Assembly (NCBI GenBank): GCA_034670305.1
Contig: JAXMNT010000068.1
Coordinates: 1-36,679 of the forward strand
DNA from: Deltaproteobacteria bacterium
Lineage (GTDB): Bacteria; Myxococcota_A; Polyangia; Polyangiales; Houyiibacteriaceae
Length of the DNA stretch: 36,679 nt
Direction of reading: 5' to 3'
The notes under the pieces are model-generated. The model did not search any database. It had not been told where the DNA came from and saw only the letters and a list, made by a program, of their open reading frames with translations. Below, piece after piece: positions 27,364 through 36,552 of this stretch; position 1 is the first letter of the stretch, and each line of letters starts with the position of its first letter. A program made the translations under genes and the position numbers.

Positions 27364-29015
27364 GGGGGCTCCGTGGGCGGGTGAGACAGATCCTGGAACG
27401 CGCCCGGGAGGTGGGCGGACCAGTCGAGTCGTTCGTCGAGGCAGGTCGGTTTGAGGTCGCCGAGCGTTCGGCCTTCGGCGTGAAGGCGCCGCAGGTGGGC
27501 GTGGTGGGCGTCGGGGGCGACGCGGAAGATCCGAGGCGGTCCGAGCTGACCGAGGTCGCGGGCGTAGGCGTAGTGCGGGTTGGCGCGAAGCCGCGCATCG
27601 AGCGCTGTGGGGTCCACCGAGGCGTCGACGAAGAGCACGTAGCGCGGTGCGGTGGAACCGGGTTCCATGGCCGACGGAGCCAACATCGAGAACGCGGCGG
27701 CCGGACACAAGGCGCCGAGCACCTGGGCCACGAACGACTCGTGGAGCTTCTCGCCGACCCGGTCGACGACCCGATCGCAGCGCCCCACGAATCGGATGGA
27801 CGGAGTCGCGCCGACGAACCCATCGACCCGCACCCGGTCGCCGGTGCGCATGCGGCACAAGCCGCCGGAGGTGGTCACGACCAGCTCGTACTGCGCGCCC
27901 TGCTGCGCTTCGTCGACCGTTCGGCACCGGCCCTCGTCGTCGCGCAGCTCGAGGAAGTGGGAGGCCACCGCGAGCGGATGGCGGCCAGCGAACGGAATGG
28001 AGGCGAACGCTTCGGTCGAGACGAGGCCCTTCGGCGCGAGGACGGCAGGCGCGACGAGCTCGGCGAGCGCACGGGCGGGTCCCGCGGCGGCGCCGTCGGC
28101 CCAGGCGCTCACCACGCGGAGCTTCGGCCAGACGTCGGTGGGCCGGGCGTGCACACCGAGCGACCGCAGCCGATCGGCGCGGGCCCGGTCCGGCTCGGAG
28201 GTGCACGCGCGGCGGACATCGTTCGGCACGTCTTCGTCGAACACCGCGGAGCACGCGCCGGTGCGCACGTCTTCGACGAGCTGCCTCCAAACCGAGGTGC
28301 GGCTCTCCCAGAGCAAGGTGAAGAAGCTCGGATGCCACACCGAGATCAACCGAAGGTCGGCGCGCCGCAGAAGCGTGAGCAGGGTGGCGTACTGGAAGGT
28401 GCCGAGTGGCCGCACGCCTCGAAGCGCGGCGGGCGCGGCGAAGACCCGCTCCGCCAACGGCGCGAGCAGGCCGAGGTAAGACGCATCGCTCTCGAACCCA
28501 ACCGGAACCGAAGAGACGACCTCGGTCTCGAACGCGGGCGAGACACTCCAGTACGCGGAGCCACCGCGGAGTGTCCGGTGCTGGGTGTGCATGTCGGCGA
28601 TCCAGGGATCGATCGCGGCGCGAAACTCCGAGCGAAGCGGCCGGGTGACGGGCACGAGTTTCGGAGCGGTGGTGCTGCCGCTGGTCGGGAGCAGCCGCTC
28701 CACCCGCGCGCTGGTCAACACGCCGCGCGCGCCGGTGCGGATCCGGTCGACGAAGGGGCGGAAGTCCTCGGCGCTGCGCTCCGGGACCCGGCGCTGGAAC
28801 TGGGCGACCGAAGACACGTCGCCGAGCCCGTGGAGCCGGCCGAACTCGGACTTCGAGCTCTGCCGAAGGATCGCGCGCAGACGTTTCTCCTGCGCCCGTT
28901 TCGGATCCCGCAGCGCGCGGCGAAACCGGCGGTGCCCCGCCTCGGCCGCGAGCAACCACGCGTTGTTTATCAGCGTCGGGTTCATGAGCGTCGGGTTCAT
29001 GAGCGTCGGGTTCAT
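27345..29015 (-). CDS. GH3-family (acyl-acid amido synthetase-like) adenylating enzyme
   Basis: PTSGSTTAPKLVP, KGLVSTEA, YELVVTTSGGLCRMRTGDRV and FVGR...GEKL. The start is chosen at the ATG overlapping the stop of an upstream mini-ORF. Confidence 0.85.
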   Translation of the reverse strand: MNPTLMNPTLMNPTLINNAWLLAAEAGHRRFRRALRDPKRAQEKRLRAILRQSSKSEFGRLHGLGDVSSVAQFQRRVPERSAEDFRPFVDRIRTGARGVLTSARVERLLPTSGSTTAPKLVPVTRPLRSEFRAAIDPWIADMHTQHRTLRGGSAYWSVSPAFETEVVSSVPVGFESDASYLGLLAPLAERVFAAPAALRGVRPLGTFQYATLLTLLRRADLRLISVWHPSFFTLLWESRTSVWRQLVEDVRTGACSAVFDEDVPNDVRRACTSEPDRARADRLRSLGVHARPTDVWPKLRVVSAWADGAAAGPARALAELVAPAVLAPKGLVSTEAFASIPFAGRHPLAVASHFLELRDDEGRCRTVDEAQQGAQYELVVTTSGGLCRMRTGDRVRVDGFVGATPSIRFVGRCDRVVDRVGEKLHESFVAQVLGALCPAAAFSMLAPSAMEPGSTAPRYVLFVDASVDPTALDARLRANPHYAYARDLGQLGPPRIFRVAPDAHHAHLRRLHAEGRTLGDLKPTCLDERLDWSAHLPGAFQDLSHPPTEPPCAPAL

Positions 29016-29076
29016 GAGCGTCGGGTCCACAGCGTCGGGTTCCACAGCGTCGGGTTCCACAGCGTCGGGAGCGTCG
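28971..29076. repeat. 15-bp tandem repeat containing one 14-bp unit
   Basis: AGCGTCGGGTTCATG x3, AGCGTCGGGTCCAC (14 nt), AGCGTCGGGTTCCAC x2. Confidence 0.9.
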
Positions 29077-29083
29077 AGGTCAC
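29012..29083 (-). CDS. Possible 23-aa mini-ORF MTSTLPTLWNPTLWNPTLWTRRS, or the frameshifted N-terminus of GH3
   Basis: Its GTG overlaps the upstream TGA (GTGA), and its own TGA overlaps the GH3 ATG (ATGA). Confidence 0.4.
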   Translation of the reverse strand: MTSTLPTLWNPTLWNPTLWTRRS

Positions 29084-29820
29084 GTTGCGACGGCCTTCTG
29101 CGGAACCTGCATCGCGTCCCGCTCGAACGCGCGCACCATGCGCCAGCCGGCGCGGGTGAGGTTGTCGTCGGACAGATCGGCGAGGCACGCGAGTTCGTCG
29201 CCTTCGTCCGCGTTCGGGTTGAGGGTGTGGAAGAGGTCGACGTGCTTGTCGCGCCGCACGCCGGGCAAGTCGCGAATCTCCGGCCGGAGCCGCTGGGGTT
29301 CGGTCAGATGCACGAGACCGGTCCGGTGGTCGAAGCCGTCCCCGTACCGCGCGTGGGCCAGCTCGTGCAGGAGGTTGCGTGCCAGCGCCGGCGACCCCGT
29401 GTGGTGCGGTACGAAGCGGCGGAAGAACACCGGCAGGAACCGGTAGGTGCGCGGACCACTGCAGATGAGCAGCCACAGCAGCCGTTTGCCTTGGAGTTCG
29501 TCGCGCAGTGCGCGCACCGCACCGATCCACTGGCTGGCCAAGGACAGACTGCCCCAGTGCGAGCGCTCGACGATCGTGTCACCGCTGTGGAGCACGTACA
29601 GATCGCGGGCGGGGTGGTGGGTGATCGCGAGGGTGGTGAAACCGCGCAGGGTTCCGCCTTCGTCACGCAGCAGAAGCGCGTGATCCTTGTTCTCGAGATC
29701 GCGCTCGAACCCGGCGCGGGTCACGCCTTCGAAGTTGCGATCGAGCAGGGCGCACATCGACCACAGATCGACGCGGCTGAGCTCGGGGACCGCCACGCAC
29801 TCTGCGAAGAGCCGGGTCAC
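29080..29820 (-). CDS. GNAT-like acyltransferase-fold protein
   Basis: GTGA coupling; FERDLENKD...LRGFTT...SGDTIVERSHWGS...WLLICSGPRTYRFLP pattern. Confidence 0.6.
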   Translation of the reverse strand: MTRLFAECVAVPELSRVDLWSMCALLDRNFEGVTRAGFERDLENKDHALLLRDEGGTLRGFTTLAITHHPARDLYVLHSGDTIVERSHWGSLSLASQWIGAVRALRDELQGKRLLWLLICSGPRTYRFLPVFFRRFVPHHTGSPALARNLLHELAHARYGDGFDHRTGLVHLTEPQRLRPEIRDLPGVRRDKHVDLFHTLNPNADEGDELACLADLSDDNLTRAGWRMVRAFERDAMQVPQKAVAT

Positions 29821-30953
29821 AGCGTCGCCACTTCGATCCACGGCAGGTTGCCGCCAAGCGCTTCGGTGGCACCCACCGCGCGATCCCAACCCACCGCGTA
29901 GAGCATCGAGCGGTAGGGCCGCGCCGAGAGCTTCTTGCGGAGCGCGTCGCGGAGCGGGTGGTCGACGGCCAGCGCGAACGCGAGCTGCTCGAGGCCCCGC
30001 GCCCGGGCTTGGATCTGAAGCGACCGCACGAGGGCGAGCGCGCCTTCGAAGTCGTCCGCGTCGAACGCGAGGTGCGAAGCGTACGCCATCTTCAAGGTGG
30101 ACCCCGCCGGCGGGAGCGCCGGTTGGCGCGCGAGCCGAAGGCCGAGGTTCACCAAAGGCCGGCTCCAGCGCAGCGCCGGCTTGTAGCCCGTGACGACCGC
30201 TTGTTTGAACGCGCGCTGGTCCCACACCGCGCCCGTCGCGCGGATGCGACCGTCGCCGTGACTCAGCACGCGCAGGTGTTCGATCTCGAGTCCACGGGTC
30301 GCCGACGATCCGAAGTCGACCTTTTGCCACGCGGGTGCGAACGCATGGCGGCGGTGGTGCGCGTTGAGGTGCTGTACGAACGAATGGAGCGCCTCCGGCT
30401 CGAGCGCAGAAGCCGCATCGTGGGCGGACGTGCGGGTCGAGCACACGAGCGTCTCGATCTCACCGACCGGCGTGTACTTCGGCAGGCCCGGCAGCCCGCG
30501 CTCGAGCAACCGGCGCGCCGGCTCGTTGTCCGAGACGATGGCGGTCAAATCGAACGGGAGCTCGTCCGGAAGTCGGCCCGCGTCGAGCTCCGCGAAACCG
30601 GCCCGAAGACGTTTGATGCCGCAGCTGCGGCCGCGGGTGCGGAGCTGGCCGAGGTAGCCGAGCGACGCGACCTGGCTGCGGTGAAAGACCCGGCGGACCG
30701 AACGGGTGCCCATGCCGACCAACGCGCCCTCGCGGTCGCGCGCCAGAAAGGTCTGGTGGCGGCTGCCTTCGATCGACGCGGCGTGCTCGAGGTTCGGCTC
30801 GCGGGTGAGCGCCACCTGAATGAGCCCGTCCATCGCACTCTCGCGCAGGAGCGCCCGCACCTCGGCGTCGGCTTCCGGTGTGAGTCCGGGCCGGGTGGGT
30901 TCGGATGGCGCGTGGGCCTGCGCATGGGCATGCGCGTGGGCGGCGGCGCTCAC
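29817..30953 (-). CDS. GNAT-like (probably tandem) protein
   Basis: GTGA coupling; LVGMGTRS...GYLGQLR...AIVSDNEPARRLLE (GNAT motif A/B-like). Confidence 0.6.
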   Translation of the reverse strand: MSAAAHAHAHAQAHAPSEPTRPGLTPEADAEVRALLRESAMDGLIQVALTREPNLEHAASIEGSRHQTFLARDREGALVGMGTRSVRRVFHRSQVASLGYLGQLRTRGRSCGIKRLRAGFAELDAGRLPDELPFDLTAIVSDNEPARRLLERGLPGLPKYTPVGEIETLVCSTRTSAHDAASALEPEALHSFVQHLNAHHRRHAFAPAWQKVDFGSSATRGLEIEHLRVLSHGDGRIRATGAVWDQRAFKQAVVTGYKPALRWSRPLVNLGLRLARQPALPPAGSTLKMAYASHLAFDADDFEGALALVRSLQIQARARGLEQLAFALAVDHPLRDALRKKLSARPYRSMLYAVGWDRAVGATEALGGNLPWIEVATL

Positions 30954-32506
30954 GACGCGCTCAAGCGGATGAGCGGGCTCCGCGTCTGGGTGGTGGCTTT
31001 GAGAAGCGGCCCGGTCACGCCCGCGTCTCCGAGCGGCAGCCCGTGGCGGCCTTTCACGTCGACCTGGTGCATCGCGTTGATGAGCACGAAGTAGAACGCC
31101 ATCAGCGGGTCCTGCAGGTTGGTCGGGTGCCGGAAGCGCCGGCCGATCGACTTCCATCCGTAGAACTTCTTGCGCGCGTCGATGCAGAGCCGCGCCAGTT
31201 CTTCCGGCGCCATGCGGGCGGGCACGAAGGGCACGTCGCCGTAGAGGTAGCGGTCGTCGAGCCACCACGGATCCATCCGCAGGCGGCCTTCCTTCTTGAG
31301 CCGGTCGTAGAGCGGGGTGCCCGGGAACGGCGTGATGTGGTTGAAGGCCGAGATGAAGAGGCCCTGGTCTTGGGCGAACTCGAGCGTGTTCTCGAAGGTC
31401 TCGGCGGTGTCGTGGTCGTACCCGAACACGAACGTGCCGTAGACCCGGATGCCGTGGCGCTGGAAGTTCGCGAGCGCGGCGGGCGGACCACCGCGGGTGG
31501 CGTTGAACCCCTTGCGCATCTTCTTGAGCGTCGCGGCGTCGAGCGACTCGAACCCGACCAGCACGCCCTGGCAGCCGGAGCGTTTCATCAGGGAGAGCGC
31601 TTCCTCGTCGAACGCAACGTCGATGCTCGCCTGACTGATCCAGCGGACCTTCGTGCCGCGGCGGCGCAGCGCGATGAGCGCACGCATGAAGTCTTTGGCC
31701 TGCGCCAGGTCGCTCGTGATGTTGTCGTCGATGAAGAAGACGAGCTGACCGCGTCGATGGATGCGGGTGAGTTCGGAGATGACCTGATCGATGCGCCGGT
31801 GGGTCTGGGTGCCGTCGTGGAACGCTTGCACCGCGCAGAACTCGCAGCGGTAGCGGCAGCCACGCGCGAACTCGATGAGCCGGATCGGCAGGTAGTGTTT
31901 GCCGCGGAAGATGCTGCGGTCCGGCACCACGGTGCTGGGATCGGGTCGCGCCGAAGCCTTGTAGAACTTCTGCGGCGTGCCGTGCCGGTAGTCGTCGAGC
32001 AGCTCCGCGAAGACGCTCTCCGCTTCGCCGACCACCACCGAGTCCGCGTAGAGCGCGACCTCGTCCGGACACAGGGTCGCGTGGAAACCGCCCATGACGA
32101 CCGGCACGCCGCGGCGGCGGTACTCGCTGGCGATCTGGTAGCAGCGTTTCGCGGTGTAGGTCTCGATGCTGATCGCGACGAGATCGGTCGGCGCGTCGTA
32201 GTCGATCGGTTCGAGACGGTCGTCAAAAAACGTGCGGCCGATGTCGGCCGGTGTGAGCGCGCTGATGAGCGCCGACGGGATCGGCTCCATCTTCCAGGTG
32301 TGCATGTACGCGCGGGAGCCGGCCCGGCGACCGACGCAGGGATGAATGATGGTGAGGTGGAAGGGCGTCGCGCGGACGCGTTTTCGAGACGGGGCGCCGA
32401 GTCGAATCAAGGTGCCCTTCGTGTCGGAACCGGTGCTGGCGCAGGGCGATTCTGGGGTCGGCGCAGTGGAAGTGGGGGTGTCCACGGTGTGGGTCGAGTC
32501 GGTCAT
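30950..32506 (-). CDS. B12-binding radical SAM protein 2
   Basis: Cobalamin domain DLVAIS...VVMGGFHAT...GEAE; RGCRYRCEFC (CxxxCxxC); FFIDDN; VGFES; TPFPGTPLY. Confidence 0.93.
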   Translation of the reverse strand: MTDSTHTVDTPTSTAPTPESPCASTGSDTKGTLIRLGAPSRKRVRATPFHLTIIHPCVGRRAGSRAYMHTWKMEPIPSALISALTPADIGRTFFDDRLEPIDYDAPTDLVAISIETYTAKRCYQIASEYRRRGVPVVMGGFHATLCPDEVALYADSVVVGEAESVFAELLDDYRHGTPQKFYKASARPDPSTVVPDRSIFRGKHYLPIRLIEFARGCRYRCEFCAVQAFHDGTQTHRRIDQVISELTRIHRRGQLVFFIDDNITSDLAQAKDFMRALIALRRRGTKVRWISQASIDVAFDEEALSLMKRSGCQGVLVGFESLDAATLKKMRKGFNATRGGPPAALANFQRHGIRVYGTFVFGYDHDTAETFENTLEFAQDQGLFISAFNHITPFPGTPLYDRLKKEGRLRMDPWWLDDRYLYGDVPFVPARMAPEELARLCIDARKKFYGWKSIGRRFRHPTNLQDPLMAFYFVLINAMHQVDVKGRHGLPLGDAGVTGPLLKATTQTRSPLIRLSAS

Positions 32507-34020
32507 GCGGCCTCCTGGTCGTCGTCGGTTCGGGTCGGGCGGGGGTCGCCGGTGGGTGCGCCTTGCCAGAGCGGCAGGTGTGGTTTTCGGGGCGCGTCGC
32601 CAATACGGATGTCGGCCGCGCGGATCTCGGCCGTGCGGACTTCGGCCGGTGCGCGGTCCGCGCCACGCCCCCGTGCAGCCGCGAGCGCGAGCGGATCGAC
32701 GGCGAGTCCCCAATCGCACGTGTAGAACTTCGACAGCCGGTGCGCGTAGTGCCGGTACCCGAGGTTGGTCAGCATCGCGACGTGCAGAGGCGCCGCGGTG
32801 TGGCGCAGCCGGCGCGCGATGTTGGTCCAGCTGTAGGCGTGTTTCCACGCCGCTTCGGTCGCGCGCTCGAGCGCCGATGCGCTCATCTTCTTCGGCTGGA
32901 AGACGACGTGCTGCCCGTCGTACTGCTCCCAGTGCCGGTGCAGAATGCGCCCTTCCGCATCGAGCCGGGCGTAGAGCGGCGTGCCCGGAAACGGGGTCGC
33001 GATCGCGAAGCGCGGCAGATCGATCTTCGCATCGACCGCGAACTGCGCGGTCTGTGCGCAGACCTCCTCGGTGTCGTCGTCGAGCCCGAAGACGAAGCAG
33101 CCCTGCACCGAGATGCGCCGCGCGTGCAGCTTCTCCACCACCGCCGCGTAGTCGTCGGGGTGGTTGAACCCTTTGCCCGCGCGCCGGAGGTTCTTCGGGT
33201 GGATCGACTCGAAGCCGAGCAAGAGGCCGCGGCAGCCCGACGCTTCGAGCAGATCGAGCAGCTCGGGATCGCGCGCGACCTTGGTGGTGACGAGGCCGTA
33301 CCACTGGATGCGGAGCGGGATGAGCGCGCGGAAGAGCTGACGCGCGTAGGGGACGTCGGAGATGAGGTTGAGGTCGACGAAGATCGCGCGTTTGGCGCGC
33401 TGCGCTTTCAGGTCGGCGACGACTTCGTGCACCGGCTTCTGAAGCGGGGTGCGCCCCCACGCCGAAGGCGCGACGCAGAACTCACACGCATGGATGCAGC
33501 TGCGGGTGGCTTCGAACACATCCGCGGTCAGGTAGTGACGCCGCGGCAGCACGGTTCGGTCGGGCAGGGGGCGGCCGGCGAGCGAGAGGTCCGCCGCTTG
33601 ATCGTAGCGGGGGCGCAGCTCTCCGCGTGCGGCGTCGCGCAAGAGCTCCGGCCAGGTGTCTTCGGCGTACCCGACCACGATGCTGTCCGCGTGGGGCGCC
33701 GCGTCTTCGGGCACGAGCGTCACGTGCGGACCCCCGAGCACGACTTGGATGCCGCGGCTGCGGAAGGTGCGGGCGAGTTCGTAGGCGCGGGAGGCGGTGC
33801 CGGTGATCACCGTCATGCCGACCAAATCCACGTCGAGCGCGTACGGATCGATGTCCGCGTGGCCTTCGTCGATGCAGGTCAACTCGACGTCGAGGTCCTT
33901 GGGGATCAACGCCGCCAGCGTCGGGAAGGTCAGCGGCATGTAGCGGAGCGACTGCTTGAAGATCCCGCTCTTGCGGTAGAGCGGCCCTTTGGGGCTCAGG
34001 AGCGCGATGCGAAGGGTCAT
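32503..34020 (-). CDS. B12-binding radical SAM protein 1
   Basis: DLVGMTV...VVLGGPHVT...GYAE; RSCIHACEFC; LGFES; TPFPGTPLY. Confidence 0.93.
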   Translation of the reverse strand: MTLRIALLSPKGPLYRKSGIFKQSLRYMPLTFPTLAALIPKDLDVELTCIDEGHADIDPYALDVDLVGMTVITGTASRAYELARTFRSRGIQVVLGGPHVTLVPEDAAPHADSIVVGYAEDTWPELLRDAARGELRPRYDQAADLSLAGRPLPDRTVLPRRHYLTADVFEATRSCIHACEFCVAPSAWGRTPLQKPVHEVVADLKAQRAKRAIFVDLNLISDVPYARQLFRALIPLRIQWYGLVTTKVARDPELLDLLEASGCRGLLLGFESIHPKNLRRAGKGFNHPDDYAAVVEKLHARRISVQGCFVFGLDDDTEEVCAQTAQFAVDAKIDLPRFAIATPFPGTPLYARLDAEGRILHRHWEQYDGQHVVFQPKKMSASALERATEAAWKHAYSWTNIARRLRHTAAPLHVAMLTNLGYRHYAHRLSKFYTCDWGLAVDPLALAAARGRGADRAPAEVRTAEIRAADIRIGDAPRKPHLPLWQGAPTGDPRPTRTDDDQEAA

Positions 34021-34034
34021 GAGGGGTTCTCATG

Positions 34035-34050
34035 AGCAAGCTTCGGGCCG
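34035..34050 (-). promoter_or_regulatory. Sigma54 -24/-12 promoter of the radical SAM operon
   Basis: Minus strand CGGCCCGAAGCTTGCT has GG-N10-GC spacing with TTGC. Confidence 0.7.
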
Positions 34051-34133
34051 GCGGCGGTTCTCCGCGTCTTCTTTGAAATCACTGTGCTTTTCCCGCGGTT
34101 CGACGGGCCGAGCACACGATCGATGCCAGGCGG

Positions 34134-34150
34134 GGTACACACGATGTACA
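34134..34150. promoter_or_regulatory. Palindromic enhancer similar to 8694-8714
   Basis: GGTACA-CACGA-TGTACA. Confidence 0.6.
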
Positions 34151-34244
34151 CGCCGTGGAATCGCCCACCCGGTCCCTGCGCCATCTGATCGATGCGCACC
34201 GAACCGGTCAAGAAACCGGCGGAAGGGCGGCGCTGAGAATGCGT

Positions 34245-35366
34245 CTAGGAAAGCGGCGGAGAGAACGGGCTCACGGGGACCGAGTCTTCGGTGCGGACCG
34301 GGCCGACCCGCGCACCGGTCTTCTTCCACCGCGAGAAGAACGGCGCCTGGTCGCTGCTGTGAGCGCAAAGCGAACCGACCGCCTCCCCAGTCCAGGTGCG
34401 CGCTTCGCGGTGGGGAAGCTGCACCAGCACCGAGTGGAGTTCGGTCTCCACGTCGGTCCCGATCACGGTGCGGGGGATCCAGACCGACTGCGGATCGGAC
34501 ACCCGCGCACGCCCGCGCAGGGGATCGTAACGGAGCGCGTCGACGCCGAAGTCGAGCGTGGTCAGGTAGCGCCCGCGGTGTTCGTGGAACCGGGTGCGCC
34601 CGGATTGCACGAAGGTGAACCCGAACCCGGTGAGTCCGACGGTCCCGAGCCGTGTGTTGGGGGTGCCCTGGAGCTCGAGACCGGTGGTCCGCGGCGCGCG
34701 CCGGCGGGCACTGCCAACCGCGCGGCTCTCCTGGCGCTTGGTGCGGAGGTGCTGGTCGTCGCCCGAGAGCGCGGTGACGAACACCTCCAGATCGAAGTCG
34801 AGTTTCTCGTTGAGCGGCTTCTCTTCGACGAAGGGCACACCCCCGCGGGTCGGCGTCCACGCGCGATCGATCTCGACGACGACTTCGAAGACGTGGTGGT
34901 CACCGTCCCGGACCGGCGGCTCGAGCCGCACCGCGAGGTGGCAAGGCCACAGCCCGTTCGAGTTGCACGGATTGTCCGGCGACTGGTGTTCGTCGCAGCA
35001 CTTGGTGTCGAGCCGGATCCCCGCAAGCAGGACCTCCGTCGGCACACCACCGGTTGGGATCCGAAGCGTCTTCGACTGTCGGGATCGTGCGATCGGTACC
35101 GGCAGCGGATCGATCGCATCGCGCCACTGAAACGCCGCCGTGGCCCGCTGGGTGGTGACGCCCGGCGACACGAGCGCGCCCCAGCGCCCGACCGGCTTCA
35201 TGTAGTTGCCATCGACGCCGGTCGACTGAGCGAAGTGAAACCGCGGATCATCCACCGCCTCCGACAGGTAGCTGTGCAGCCGGGAGATCCGATGCGGCAA
35301 CCGAAACCCCATCACCTCCCGCAACCACTCGTGCCGAAACCCCCGCCAGAAGAACACCGGATCCAT
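34245..35366 (-). CDS. Hypothetical protein
   Basis: Long ORF with normal composition starting MDPVFFWRGF; no family recognised. Confidence 0.7.
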   Translation of the reverse strand: MDPVFFWRGFRHEWLREVMGFRLPHRISRLHSYLSEAVDDPRFHFAQSTGVDGNYMKPVGRWGALVSPGVTTQRATAAFQWRDAIDPLPVPIARSRQSKTLRIPTGGVPTEVLLAGIRLDTKCCDEHQSPDNPCNSNGLWPCHLAVRLEPPVRDGDHHVFEVVVEIDRAWTPTRGGVPFVEEKPLNEKLDFDLEVFVTALSGDDQHLRTKRQESRAVGSARRRAPRTTGLELQGTPNTRLGTVGLTGFGFTFVQSGRTRFHEHRGRYLTTLDFGVDALRYDPLRGRARVSDPQSVWIPRTVIGTDVETELHSVLVQLPHREARTWTGEAVGSLCAHSSDQAPFFSRWKKTGARVGPVRTEDSVPVSPFSPPLS

Positions 35367-35483
35367 CGCGCCCGAGAGTCCCCCGGGAGCCCACCCAGCG
35401 CAATGTGGATGCCGGATGCCGGCATCCACCTGCGGCCTTCGGCCGCGATCCCGACTGCAACCGTGGCGCCAACAGTGGCGGCG

Positions 35484-35712
35484 GCGGAAGCGGTCGCGGT
35501 CGCGGAAGCGGTCGCGGTCGCGGTCGCGGTCGCGCGGTCGGAAGCCGACGCCGAACCTGACGCCGACGCTTGAAGCCGAAGCCGAGGCCGAAGCCGAGGC
35601 CGAAGCCGAGGCCGAAGCCGAAGCCGAAGCCGAAGCCGAAGCCGAAGCCGAGGCCGAAGCCGAGGCCGAAGCCGAGGCCGAAGCCGAGGCCGAAGCCGAG
35701 GCCGAAGCCGAG
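35484..35712. repeat. Hexamer arrays (GCGGTC/GCGGAA)n then (GCCGAR)23
   Basis: Directly visible; 35575-35712 is 23 units of GCCGAA or GCCGAG. Confidence 0.92.
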
Positions 35713-35734
35713 GCCCGCGACTCGCGCGGGCCTC
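35710..35734 (-). terminator. GC-rich hairpin just after the four-helix-bundle stop
   Basis: GAGGCCCGCG-ACTCG-CGCGGGCCTC; no U-tract, so termination is not certain. Confidence 0.4.
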
Positions 35735-35743
35735 GCGCCGCTC

Positions 35744-36055
35744 CTAGTGACTCAGCCGGTACAACATCGCGCAGACCTCATCGCAGCGACCGAACACCTC
35801 TTCGCTCACGTCTGCGTATCCGAACAGCCGCACCAACCGAAGAGCCGCCTTCAGTTCGCTCGCCTCACCGTAAGCAATGGAAAACCTATCCACGCTCCGC
35901 TTCCCGCGAGCGTTCTTCGCTTCCGCGCAGTTCAGAACGACGGACTGAGCCGCCCGCCGCATCTGCTCACCCAGCGAACGGTCCTTGCGAGAAACAGCCG
36001 CCATCACCCCGCGCAACTCACCAACGAGAACCAAACTAGATTCGAGAACAATCAT
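35744..36055 (-). CDS. Four helix bundle protein (23S rRNA IVP / Avd-like family)
   Basis: LGEQMRRAAQSVVLNCAEA...RFSIAYGEASELKAAL matches the family signature Q..RA..S...NIAEG...F...A.G...E. Confidence 0.85.
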   Translation of the reverse strand: MIVLESSLVLVGELRGVMAAVSRKDRSLGEQMRRAAQSVVLNCAEAKNARGKRSVDRFSIAYGEASELKAALRLVRLFGYADVSEEVFGRCDEVCAMLYRLSH

Positions 36056-36069
36056 CAGAGCCTCCTCGC

Positions 36070-36385
36070 GCCGGAAAGAGTGAGCAACGTTGCTCGGCGG
36101 CGCGGAGCGCCCCCCGGTGGAGAGCGCAGGGCGGGTCAAGGGCGAAGCCAGCCTTCCGAAGGCTGGGGCCGAAGGCACCCTTGACGCGACCGAGCACTCC
36201 TTTGCTGAGGGGATGGGACATCCCCTCCGACCTGCGGGGCAAGCCCCTCCGGTCTCCTCCCAATCTGGGCCACGATGAAATTGCCGCCGAGCCAGCAGGC
36301 CCCCCCGCCAAGTCACTCCAAGTCCGAAGGACGCAGGAGCCGACTTCCGAAGGAGAGGCTATAAACCGCGCGACTCCGAAGGAGA
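36070..36385. other. Hairpin-dense non-coding region upstream of the four-helix-bundle gene
   Basis: GAGCAACGTTGCTC; GTCAAGGG...CCCTTGAC enclosing GAA-loop hairpins; GGGGATG/CATCCCC; GGGGC-AA-GCCCC; TCC-GAA-GGA three times. Confidence 0.65.
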
Positions 36386-36398
36386 GCATGACTGGGAG

Positions 36399-36552
<154 letters not shown>

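Noticed and set aside
28971-29076. Possible CRISPR array
   Set aside because: Head-to-tail 15-mers with no unique spacers and no cas genes in the window.
29817-33460. Extended 751-aa and 836-aa versions of the GNAT and rSAM2 ORFs
   Set aside because: The extensions overlap upstream genes out of frame; coupled starts at 30953 and 32506 fit better.
30950-34020. Naming the radical SAMs hpnP, hpnR or hpnJ
   Set aside because: Only the shared B12-radical SAM architecture is visible, and no squalene-hopene cyclase or hpn context is present.
35744-36055. Diversity-generating retroelement (Avd)
   Set aside because: No reverse transcriptase or TR/VR pair is visible in the window; sequence beyond 36679 cannot be seen.
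35416-36184. EA- and KP-repeat ORFs
   Set aside because: Read-through of the (GCCGAR)n array, antisense to the four-helix-bundle gene.
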